Origin: Negaprion brevirostris
Lineage: Eukaryota
NCBI GenBank assembly: GCA_030324005.1
Contig: JARDVH010000099.1
Coordinates: 11,875,723-11,939,722 of the forward strand
DNA length: 64,000 bases
Direction: 5' to 3'
The position numbers and the translations under genes were made by a program. Below, piece by piece: positions 1 through 10,590 of the stretch. The notes beneath the pieces are model-generated. The model had not been told where the DNA came from and searched no databases. It saw only the letters and a list, made by a program, of their open reading frames with translations. Position 1 is the stretch's first letter. The number at the start of each line of letters is the position of its first letter.

Positions 1-330
1 ATCTAGATCCCTCTGCAGACTTTCTACACCCTCCGCACAATTTGCTTTTCCTCTTATCTTGGTGTCATCAGCAAATTTCAACACCTTACACCCAGCTCCC
101 TCCTCCAGATCATCTATATAAATGGTAAATAGCTGAGGCCCTAGCACCGATCCCTGGGGGACTCCACTAGTCACCAACCTCCAATCCAAATAGCACCCAT
201 TAACACCTACCCTCTGCCTCCTATTTGACAGCCAATCCTCTATCCACGCTAACACCTTACCCCCAACTCCAGGCACCCTAACCTTCTGTAACAACCTTTT
301 GTGCGGCATAGACACATGCACATCACAACA
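1..330 (-). mobile_element. CR1 LINE reverse-transcriptase fragment
   Basis: Reverse strand encodes [21 protein letters not shown] and KFADDTK motifs. Confidence 0.85.
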
Positions 331-334
331 CCAC

Positions 335-1178
335 TGTGATCTACTTGCAACCCCATTGTTTGAATCAAACTTATGAACTCAGCAACTTGTGCTGTTGAGT
401 TCAGTTTTAATGACACCATGTATTCCTCAATAGATACGCTTGCCATGGGATCCCCTCTAGAACTCTTTATTACTCACATCTTTTGTCTGTTTCCGAGTGA
501 AATGTGTCTTCAATGGAATGACCCCTAACTTCCTACCCTTTGCATATTTCAATGCATTGATGATATGTTTGCTATATTTGAATCTGTAGCTACATTCAAG
601 ACTTTCCTTATATAATGAATGGGTTCCATCCTGTGCTAAAATTAATCCTTGAAATGGAGGAGTCAAACAAGCTTTCTTTTCTCCACACATCAGTTCAGAA
701 ATCTGCCAATGGATTCCCTACTGTCATCTGCAGAAGCCCACCTTTACTGCGATGGGATTTCTATGATTCCACATCCGATAAGATTGGTCTCGTCAGCAGC
801 TAGTAAATAGAACCCAATCTATTTGCTCACAGTGACAGCTTGATGCTGGATTAGGATGAATCAAAGCAATTGTGCAGGATAATGGTTAGTTCATTCATCT
901 CATTGCTCACTGCATATTGCGCTAAGTCACGAAAGGGCTTTAAGATTGCTGCATTTGGTCCCAAAAAGTGTCCAATTGCCTCATTACTCTGGAAGGTAGG
1001 GTAGCTTTTTTGAGCTACTACTATGCAGTAGCACAAGTGGTATTCTCCACAAACATACTGCTGCCAAGTCAAAAGGGCACTGCCCATTGCACAATCAAGT
1101 AATGTGTTGCATGGATTTAAATGCCCATGTGATGCCAGGTCTGTAGGCTGTACATTCCAGTAACTGGTGGATCATATC
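335..1178 (+). mobile_element. Penelope-like element, degenerate RT plus start of GIY-YIG endonuclease
   Basis: Frameshifted remnants: VEFSFNDTMY..AMGSPL, DDMFAIF, NGFHPVLK..EMEESNKLSFL, and SNVLHGFKCPCDARSVGCTFQ (GIY-YIG-like). Confidence 0.75.
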
Positions 1179-1595
1179 ACTTTTAGCATCCCCTGTACAC
1201 TTTGCTCTGCTACTCATTTTAGTATCATCTGCGAACTTTGATACACTACACTTGCTCCCCAACTCCAAATTATCTTTGTAATTCGTAAACAATTTCGGTC
1301 CTAACACTGATCCCTGAGGCTTACCACTAGTCACTGACTGCTAACTAGAAAAACACCCATTTTTACCCCCTACTCTGTGTTTTCTGTTCATTGATCAATC
1401 CTTTACCCACACTAATACATTACCTGTAACATCGTGCACCTTTATCTTTATCACCACATCCCACAGGTCCCCCATTGTCCACCGCGCATGTAATGTTCTC
1501 ATAGAATTCCACCAAATTAGTCAAACATGACCTGCCCTTCATGAACCCATGCTGTGTCTTCCCAATGGGACAATTTATATCCAGATGTCTTGTTA
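1179..1595 (-). mobile_element. CR1 RT fragment
   Basis: ORFs with [27 protein letters not shown] and FADDTK. Confidence 0.88.
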
Positions 1596-2376
1596 TATAA
1601 AGATATCCTGCATTATATTTACTGGGTCTGGTGGCTGTGATACATTGAGAATGTTTTGCATGCATTTATGCTGATGCTGTACAGTAACAGTATATGGTTT
1701 TGTCAAACAACTTTTCTGGAAGAATAGAATCCAAAATTTTCCCAATAAATGTTCAAGTAGACATTGACAATATGGTAGATATTTTCACACTTCCAGTTCT
1801 CAAATATTTTCATTAACTGATTACGGACAGAACCCATAGTGAGTGGGACAGAAAATTTGGTAGACCATTTAAAGGTCCACTGACCTTGGGCAGGAATTTT
1901 TGGACTTAAGATGCATGCAGCCAGAAAATCCCACCAAATGTTACAATGTTAAAAGACAATCATATACCTTTTCATGGTCAAACAAGGAAATATTGCAGAA
2001 TCACAGAATGAAGCCATTCCGCCTGTTGTATTTGTGCTGGTCTCTGAGGAAATATTTCACCCTACTTTCTCTCTGTAGTCCTGCGCGTTCTTCCTTTTCA
2101 AATAATAATCACATTCCTTCCCGAATGCTTCTAACACACTCTCAGGTAGTGTATTCCAGATCCTAACCACCCGCAGAATGAAAAAGCTTAGAACATAGAA
2201 CATAGAACATTACAGCGCAGAACAGGCCCTTCGGCCCACAATGTTGCGCCGACCAATTAAAAANNNNNNNNNNNNNNNNNNNNNNNNNNNNNNNNNNNNN
2301 NNNNNNNNNNNNNNNNNNNNNNNNNNNNNNNNNNNNNNNNNNNNNNNNNNNNNNNNNNNNNNNNNNNNNNNNNNNN

Positions 2377-4775
2377 TCCTCCCTCATCCCATTTGAGTGG
2401 CCTGTTTAGGCCACAAGGCGCTAGTAGTGGATTTTACCTTCTCATGCGTCATTTGTATTTTAAGTTCAACCATACTGTGATCACTTCTTCCAAGTGGATC
2501 TCTAACTGCGAGATCATTAATTATTCCTGTCTCATTACACAGGACGAGATCCAGGATAGCTTGTTCCCTCATAGGTTCCATTACACACTGTTCAAGGAAG
2601 CTATCATGGATACATTTTATGAACTTCCCCTCAAGGCTGCCTTCACCAAGCTGGTTTGATCAACTGACATGTAGATTAAAATCCCCATGATAATTGCTGT
2701 ACCAGTTTTACAAGCATCAGTTATTTGTTTATTTCTTGTTCCACTGTGAAGTTATTATTTGGTGGCCTATAGACTACGCCTATCAGTGACTACTACTTCT
2801 TAGTATTTCTAATTTCCACCCAAATGGATTCAACCTTTTTTTCCATAGAACCTATATCATCTCTCACTACTGCCCTGTTGTCAAAGAACAAAGAAAATTA
2901 CAGCACAGGAACAGGCCCTTAGGCCCCCCCAAGCCTGCATCAATCATGCTGTCCAACTTAACTCAAAGCCCCCTACCCTTCCAGAAAGAACAAAGAAAAT
3001 TACAGCACAGGAACAGGCACTTCTTAAATATCGAGTGGCACCACCTTCCTTATCTCCCTGTCTGTGCCTCTGAATAATCTGATACTCTGGATATTTAACT
3101 CCCAGTTGTGACCATCCTGCAACCATGTCTTTGTAACAGCCTCCAAATCATACTCATTTGCGATGATCTGTGCCATCAATTCATTTACCTTGTTTCGAAT
3201 ACTACAAGCATTCAGATAATGTCCTTGTGCTAGTTTTTGCACTCTCTTTTTGTATTTTAACACCTCCATCAATACCATTGCCTGAATTCTCCTTCCTTTT
3301 ACTTTTTTCCTGAATTGTGATGTAGTCGGAACCTTCTTCCCACATGCTAACCTGCTTTGCTTTCTATTAATCGTTATATTTCCCATAGTTTTACTCTTCC
3401 CTTTCCCCCAACTTGCTAGTTTAAAGTCCTTATGACCACCTTATTTGTCCTTTTCGCTAGAACACTGGTCCCAGATCGTTTCAGGTAAAGACATCCCCAT
3501 GGTACAGATCCCTCCTGTTCCAATACTGATGCCAATGCCCCATGAAATGGAACCACACTTTCCCACACTATTCCTTTAGCCATGTGTTAACTTACCTAAT
3601 TTGCTTAACCCCATTCCAATTTGCATGTGGCTCAGGTAGTAATCCACAGAATATGACCCTTGAGCACAGTTCTTTAATTCGTAGTGNNNNNNNNNNNNNN
3701 NNNNNNNNNNNNNNNNNNNNNNNNNNNNNNNNNNNNNNNNNNNNNNNNNNNNNNNNNNNNNNNNNNNNNNNNNNNNNNNNNNNNNNGTTCTTTAATTCGT
3801 AGTGCTTGATAGTCCCCAAATAGGTCTTCTTTCCTAGTCTTGCCTATGTTGTTTGTCCCAACATGGACTATAACAACTGGATCCTCCCCCTCCCAACATG
3901 GATTACAACAACTGGATCCTCTAATATCCTTTCAAGCCAGTCAGAGATGTCCCTCACCCTGGTACAAGGTAAGTAACATACCACGTGGGACTCACGATCT
4001 GGCTTACAAAGGATGCCATCAATCCCCCTAACTACAGAATCCCCGACAACTACCACTTGTCTTTTTGCTCCCTCCTCTTGAATGGTCTCCTGTACCATGG
4101 TGTAATGGTCGGCTAGCTCATCCTCCCTATAGCCCTTTTCCTCAACCATATGGTGCAAGTACCTCATACCCTATTGGACAAGGTCGAGTGCTAAGGCTGC
4201 TCAGTTCCTGAATTCAGGATCCCGTGACCTGCCTTAAAGTCATACCTTGTTGTCCATGACCACTGACCGAATTAGAGATACTTAATCTACTGGGTGTAAT
4301 CGCCTTCTGAAACAAAGTGTCCAGATAACTCTGCGCCTCCTGGATGTACCACAGCTTCTGAAGCTTGGACTCCAGCTCATCAATTCTGAAGTTCTTCAAG
4401 AAACCAACACTTGATGCAGATGTGGTCATTGCAGCTCGCGATAGGATCTGTCAGCTCCCGCATCACGCAACTACAGCACATCACCTGCCCAGGCATCCCT
4501 ACTTAGTTAATTAATTAGTTTTCTTTAAGTTTTCAAAGTTCTTTTTCAAATTTAGCACAGATTTCCGAATAGCAAAGCAGGTCACAGCATCCTTTTTCAG
4601 GTTGTTTTCCAGGAATTAAGATTTATACTCAGTGCTGTTGTTCCGCCCTGTCCCTGGGAGGCCAAGTCACAGATCCCTGAGGCCATTAGATTTATACTCA
4701 GTGCTGCTTGTGCTCCACCCTCTGACTGGTCCCTGGTGACTTCCTCTTGCTTGTGCTCCTCATCGTGACTTCTTT
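2377..4775 (-). mobile_element. CR1 LINE 5' half: 5' UTR, ORF1 (zinc finger, leucine zipper, SGNH esterase) and ORF2 endonuclease
   Basis: ORF1 ATG at 4496 (MPGQVMCCSC..CIKCW), then RIDELESKLQ and VVVVGDSVVRGID..VVIHVG. ORF2 has YLNACSIRNK, KTWL and LDLVLCN..SDH. The 5' UTR carries the direct repeat ATTTATACTCAGTGCTG at about 4621 and 4690. Confidence 0.9.
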
Positions 4776-4813
4776 ATTTGTTTATATCCAATCCAATCGA
4801 AGTCCAATTCAAA

Positions 4814-4973
4814 GTCTCCGTAAGTGAGACAACCCAGATCCAAGCTGACAGGACAGGCTCACCACTTCCTGTCTTGGGCTTGATCTACATGATCCAAGCT
4901 GATTGGTACAGGCATTGCACCTTCTCCAAGGTTTGATCTCATTTGCATCTTAGCCAAAAGACCAAGATGCCAC
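4814..4973 (-). ncRNA. U2 snRNA-headed structured RNA cassette (putative, not an authentic U2)
   Basis: Minus strand starts GTGGCATCTTGGTCTTTTGGCTAAGAT versus U2 ATCGCTTCTCGGCCTTTTGGCTAAGAT (22/27). It then diverges with no branch-point GTAGTA, into hairpin modules. Confidence 0.6.
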
Positions 4974-5008
4974 TTTAAAAAATTGTTTCAAATGAAGCCT
5001 CAGTGTAA

Positions 5009-5245
5009 CCTCATGACTTCAGCCGTGACTTTTTTTTAGTTACAGCAAGGGAGGGAAACACTTTAGTGTTTGGGATTTAACTGTCCCTTTACAACAGCTC
5101 CTCCACAAACCACTTCTAGAAGCAGTGACTGACTATGCACATTTTCCCCACAACAGCCAATCAGCGACACCCCTTCACTACCTTTGCTGAATGCTTGCCT
5201 TCACATGAACACGTGGGGTGTCTTGTGACGGCTGTGATTGGACGT
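5009..5245 (-). promoter_or_regulatory. snRNA-type promoter candidate (PSE-like motif plus distal CCAAT/SPH-like elements)
   Basis: TCACGGCTGAAGTCATGAGG begins at -55 from the U2-like start. AGCCAATCAGC lies at about 5155-5165 and a reverse CCAAT at about 5236-5242. A ZNF143/octamer-like GACTATGCACATTTTCCCCACAA lies at about 5131-5153. Confidence 0.4.
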
Positions 5246-5258
5246 GCTTGGAAGTGAG

Positions 5259-5640
5259 AGTCATGCTTGCAGTATAGGTCACTTGTGTGTGCTAGAAGAG
5301 TTATATATTCACACACCCTGTCCTTTGTAAACAGAAAATAAAATTTCTACGTATTGCACTTTTTAAAAACTAAAAAAAACGCTTGGGGATAGCCACTCTT
5401 TGGTTCGATGCCCATGGCAATGCTTTGGCCAGAGTCAACATGCCCAGTTTGAATTTGAATAAAAGTCTGGAAGTTTCTTTCAGTACAATTCCCCATGGCG
5501 CCACCTCTACAAATCAGTACCCATTTGCCAACTCTTCTCATGCAATATAAATTGTTGCTCCCTTTGAGATTTGGCATTTTTGCAATTTCATCCTGACGAA
5601 CACAAGGCAAAAAGCTCCAACAGCACGTCTCTTTTGTCAC
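5259..5640 (+). mobile_element. Penelope-like element C-terminus and 3' pseudo-LTR with degenerate hammerhead
   Basis: SHACSIGHLCVLEELYIHT..PVLCKQK (GIY-YIG C-terminus); CTGACGA..AAAAGCT hammerhead-like core at 5593-5616. Confidence 0.7.
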
Positions 5641-5649
5641 GCGTCTGAA

Positions 5650-6020
5650 ATGTTATAGGACAATTTGATCAATGTCTTCAATGCGAACAGAAAGGTAGGT
5701 AGGTAAGAGAGGGCAAAGAGTATTTCCACCAACTGGGGAATTTCAGACTGAGACAGTCTAAAAACAAGAGTCAGACCTTTTAAAGCATGTAACTAGGAAA
5801 TATTTACATAGTGGTAGAAGTTGACAACTCCCTTCTGCAAATGACAATTATTGCTTGATCAATTATTAATTTTAAATCATACATTTGTTATCTATAGATG
5901 TGGAGATATATTAGGCAAAGGCAGAATATGGAGTTAGGTCGCAGATCAATCATGATCTCACTGAATGGTGGAACAGGCTCAAGAGGCGAAATCACAGTCC
6001 TCAGCTCAATGTTCCTAATT
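5650..6020 (+). mobile_element. degenerate CR1 3' end
   Basis: Typical tail: cagatcaatcatgatctcactgaatggtggaacaggctcaagaggc. Confidence 0.65.
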
Positions 6021-7634
6021 AGGCTTGAGGTTGAATACATGTAGTTGTGTTCCAATTTTCATTATTATGAAATTAACTGAAAACTCAGGAGATTCTGGAA
6101 ATTTACATGACTTCTGTGCACACTTTCTTCATAGCAAAACAATAAAGTGGGATCCAGCAGGTTCTATATGTATGGTCTTATTTTCACACCTATTCGTTGT
6201 AGTCAGTTTTTGCCATAAAAATCAAACGAGAAGCGCGTTTGTTCAGGTTATCAATATTTGATATATAAAAACAAAGAAAGCTATATTATTCTACCAAATG
6301 TTTGGAACTAACCAGTGGACTATTGAACAGTGGCAATGTAAAAACTAAAATCTGAAATCAGCAATCCTGCTGCCCAAGTTTGACAAGCATAAGCTAATAA
6401 AGCTGTTCATTGTAGAGCGCATTAATATTCGAAGCCTTTTTCAATGCACAGGACCTTTAACAACATGCTTTTGGAAACAAGCGCTTCATTCTCATTATTG
6501 TAGGCAGCTGATGAATAAATAGATAACCTGTTAGTGGCTTCACTGCTTTTATGCACACATCTATGTGGTACATTTGAAACCCGAATAACTGAACTATTTT
6601 AGCTTATATTAAGGTATCAATAAAGAAGCATTAAAGATTCCCCTTATCTCATGCTGTGGACAGTTTTCTCGAGTTTTTTTCCACTTGAAGATCTTTCCAT
6701 GACAATGCGCTTACCTGACAGGTGAGTAAAGACTGTGTACATCATCTGATATTTTCAATAAACAACTTCAACATGTTTGGGGATTTAATTGGCGGATAGT
6801 AAACCATTTCTCTTATCGTCATATGTTGCCCAAGTGAAAACTTAGAAGAGTACCAAATTTGTTTATTCCCTCCTAATCAGTGTGTAGCGGTGCATACATC
6901 CACTGCTTTCCAGCATTTCACGAAAGTGATCATTACTCACCCATGGGCCCAGAATATATCAGATTGGAGGGTCAGCATCCACATGACATGGGGTCTCATA
7001 TCTACTGGAAGCACGAGTTCTCCCAGTGCTTTTCTCATTTCCTTGTGAGAAATGCCAACACCAACTTGAGCACTCCAACCAAGATCACGAACAATGTACT
7101 AATTTCATTAGGTATGCTCAAATGCCCCACTTTAGTGTAAATGATTTGACAAGCCCATAAACGGAAGCATACAGCTAGCTTTCCGTAGTTAAATAACACA
7201 GCAAGCCAATCAGTTCTTGCAACTACACTGCAATTTGGGAACCAACAATTCAGGATAGCCTTAACAGGATCTGACTTTTCACCTGCTGAATATATCAGCA
7301 AAATAGATATGCTTTTTGAAAAAAACATGTAAGCTCATTTTAATGAGACACCACATTAAAGAAAGCCCTGCTCGAACAAGTATGGTACAATTTGCATACT
7401 GCAACAATTGAAAATTGCGACAACAAAAAAAAATCCCAGCTCAAGTACAAGTTTTTCCACCAGATAGACATTGCTGAATGGAATAATTTCAAATGTGGCA
7501 GGTAACACGACTATCCATATACACATAATTAACTACCATAATGTGTTTATCACAGGTTTACACATGCCCCATCTAAACACAAGATCAAAAATTAAATAAA
7601 GACAATGCAAGACATTAGAAAACAATAAATCGAA

Positions 7635-7810
7635 GAAACCTGCGTTTATAAAATGACTTCCAAGTCTTCAGCACTTGCACTTAGAGAAGTACTTTTTAAG
7701 TACTTCAGGCCAGCACAGCAGCAAATTATACACATCAAGGTTCCATAAACAGCAATAAGAAAAATGATCAGTAATTCTCTGTTGGTGGTGTTTGTCGTGG
7801 GATGTTATAC
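7635..7810 (-). mobile_element. DeuSINE (SacSINE1-like) 3' fragment
   Basis: gaagtactttttaag..cagcaaattatacacatcaaggttccataaacagcaat matches the reverse Deu core/tail as recalled. Confidence 0.55.
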
Positions 7811-7904
7811 AAAAGGATATTACACAAATACGTGCAAACTACATTCATTATGTTGGGTTTCTAGACAAACAAAATGAACAGCCTTAAAATTACTTAGTTC
7901 TTAC

Positions 7905-7968
7905 CTCTGAGGTATAAACTGCTGAAAAAGTGGTTGTGGACCACGCCATGCATCTTGGGGTCTCAAAC
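7905..7968 (-). CDS. xrn2: XRN2 exon 28
   Basis: 64 nt, (S)LRPQDAWRGPQPLFQQFIPQ(R); matches human MRPQDSWRGPPPLFQQ as recalled; cag/gtaag. Confidence 0.93.
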
Positions 7969-8474
7969 CTGTGGATAATACAACTGCATCAGTAGAATTA
8001 CAATGAAGAATTTCTTCACAATCTTTGCATTAGAATACTTCAATATTGGGACTTAGTGGAAAAAAAAACATAAATCTGTTAAATCTTTTTTATATGGAGC
8101 ATTGCAATCAAATTTCATGTTTTACAAAAGGTCAGCCAATGGTAAAGTAAGTTTTCATAAAATCCCACACACTGAATAGAAAATTTATGCTTTTGTACTG
8201 ACGGCAATTACCTTTCCATCACCTGCAAAAACTTGGTTAAAGTGGTATTTCTTCGATAAACTTCTAGATGTGCAAAGGCTTTAAAACATCTGCCTTTGCT
8301 AGGTGTGGTCTGATATGAAATGTTTTGGGATAGTCTTAGTCTACTACCCAGTGCCTAATTCAGCAACGAATGACAGTCAGTCAATCAGCCTGAAAAATAC
8401 TAGAAATGCTACTCCAAACCAGCAAGTAAAAATGAAAAATATCATACTGATACGCAAGTGGATTTTAAAAATTT

Positions 8475-9200
8475 TCATGGGATGTGAGCATCTGTAGCTA
8501 GTCCAGCACTTGTCCATCCCAAAGTGTCCTTGAAAAAGTGGTGAACACATTTCTTGAACCGCTGCAGCTCATCAGGTGCAGACACACGCACTGTGCTGTT
8601 AAGGAGGGAGTCATCCCAGGACTTCGATCCAGCAACAGTGACTGAATGGCAATATATTTCCAAGTCAAGATAATATGTAGCTTGAAGGGGAACTTGCAGG
8701 TAGTGGTGTTCCCATGTGTCTGCTGCCCTTGTACTTCTAGGTGGCAGAGATTGTAGACTTGGAAGATACTGTTGAAGGAGCCTTAGTAAGTTGCTGTAGT
8801 GCATCTTGTAGAGTATGCACTGCTGCCACTGTGGTGCAGCAAGTGATTAAGTTGGAGGGCAGGGTGACAATTAAGTGGGCTGCAGTGTCCTAGATGGTGT
8901 CAAGCTTCAAATGTTGTTAGAGCTGCACTTATTCAGGAAAGTGGGGGACGGTGGGGTGCTGCTAAGATGATGATTATTGGTCTCCAACAGCCACAAGCAT
9001 CATCCTTTGAGCAAGGTATGGTTCCAATCAGTGGAGATTTGTCCCAGCAATTCCCACTGACTTCAGTTTTCCCAAGGATCCTTGAAGCCACACAGTCAAA
9101 AATTCGGTGTCAAGGTCAGTCACTCTCACCTCCCCTTTTGATTTTAGCTCTTCTATCCATGTTTGGACCAAGGCTAAATAAGGATGCTCTTGAAATTGGG
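8475..9200 (-). mobile_element. non-LTR retrotransposon (L2/CR1 group) RT fragment and 3' end
   Basis: ELKSKGEVRVTDLD..WLQGSLGKLKSVGI RT remnant; 3' tail ttcatgggatgtgagcatc. Confidence 0.7.
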
Positions 9201-10159
9201 GATGAATTATATTATTGAAGCTCTCTTTCTCTGTTCTACACCTATCTATGCTATCACAAGTGCTTGGCACTGACCATGGGTTTCCAAATGGCACATGTTA
9301 AACTTCTACCTTAATCTCACTTCGAGCAGAACTTTTGATGAGTTGCTAGTGCATCTTGTAGATGGTACACACTGCTGCCACTACACATTGGTGGCGGAGA
9401 GAGTCAAAGTTGAAGGTGGTTTATCCAAGTTTAGTGTGCTTTGGATTAGTTTGTGATCCTTATGGATTAAGCATGTCCAGCAGATCATTCCTTTTTGTTT
9501 GACCTTGCTGACAATGAAAAGCAGTAAAAGGTTTAACTGAGTGGGATTACACTTAATACAATTGTCTGACATTTGTTCCGTGGTTAAGCAGTCTTGTCAT
9601 TTACAAAATGCACTTACAAGAAGTGAGTTTATAGGGCAAACCTATATTAATTCTAGAGTAGACAAGATCATAACTATAAGTACTTTATTGAACAGATTCT
9701 ATCAGATTCTGGTTTATATCTAGCAACACCGAAGCCACCTCAGGTGTACTTTTAGATACATGTGTGCTACAAAGCTTTCTTGCTTTCACCCATTCTCTTC
9801 TGTTATCTGATCTGACATCTAATCTTGACATCAATTGTCCACTAGAAGGTATATTATGATGTTNNNNNNNNNNNNNNNNNNNNNNNNNNNNNNNNNNNNN
9901 NNNNNNNNNNNNNNNNNNNNNNNNNNNNNNNNNNNNNNNNNNNNNNNNNNNNNNNNNNNNNNNTATGATGTTGACTAACAACTCTTCCTATCATTGCGAG
10001 ATCTGCATTAGCATATCTTATTGACTGAGCATTCATCACTGTAATACTGCAGAAACTCAGCAAAAAGGTATAGGGAATGCCCACCATCCACTCTGTGCCA
10101 CTGCACACTGGTACTCCAATGGCTCACCGTGTTACAAGGCATCTTTTATACAAAAGACG

Positions 10160-10590
10160 ATCAATGCAATTAAAGGCAATGTGTTGGAGCCTCAACTATT
10201 CATTATATTTATTGATGATAGAATAGAAATAAACACACCCAAATTTGATGATACAAAATCACGGCACTGTAAGCAGCGTAGCTGGAAGCAGACGACCAAA
10301 AAGTATTAAGTCAATGGGTAAAATGGTGGCAAATGGGTTTCAATGGATGCATATATGAGCTTGTCCACTTTTGACCTAAGAAATGATGGAGGCCCAAAGA
10401 GACTTGTATATAGGTTAAAATGTTCACACTATATAACAAAAAGGCTATTGGATTATGGGCCTTTATATCTTAAAGAGTAGAATACAAGGAGATAATAGGT
10501 ATGCATCATTTTTACACAGCCCTGGTTAGACCACACTTAGGATTGTTCTGTGTAATTTTGGGCACTACATCTTAGGAAATGAAACACACA
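10160..10590 (+). mobile_element. old CR1 RT fragment
   Basis: Degenerate VLEPQLFIIFIDD, KFDDTK, WVKWWQMGFN and LVRPHL motifs. Confidence 0.65.

Noticed and set aside
3668-3805. Direct repeats flanking N gaps (also about 9855/9964 and 49606-49797)
   Set aside because: Identical sequence on both sides of 100-N gaps indicates unmerged contig overlaps, not biology.
4947-4973. Functional U2 snRNA gene
   Set aside because: Only the first 27 nt or so match; there is no branch-point recognition sequence, no clear Sm site and no colinear stems II-IV.
6941-7330. XRN2 exon 29
   Set aside because: A strong donor exists at 6940, but the acceptors tested give early stops or peptides unlike the human GVGAEPLLPWNR exon. 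Exons 29-30 probably lie left of the window.
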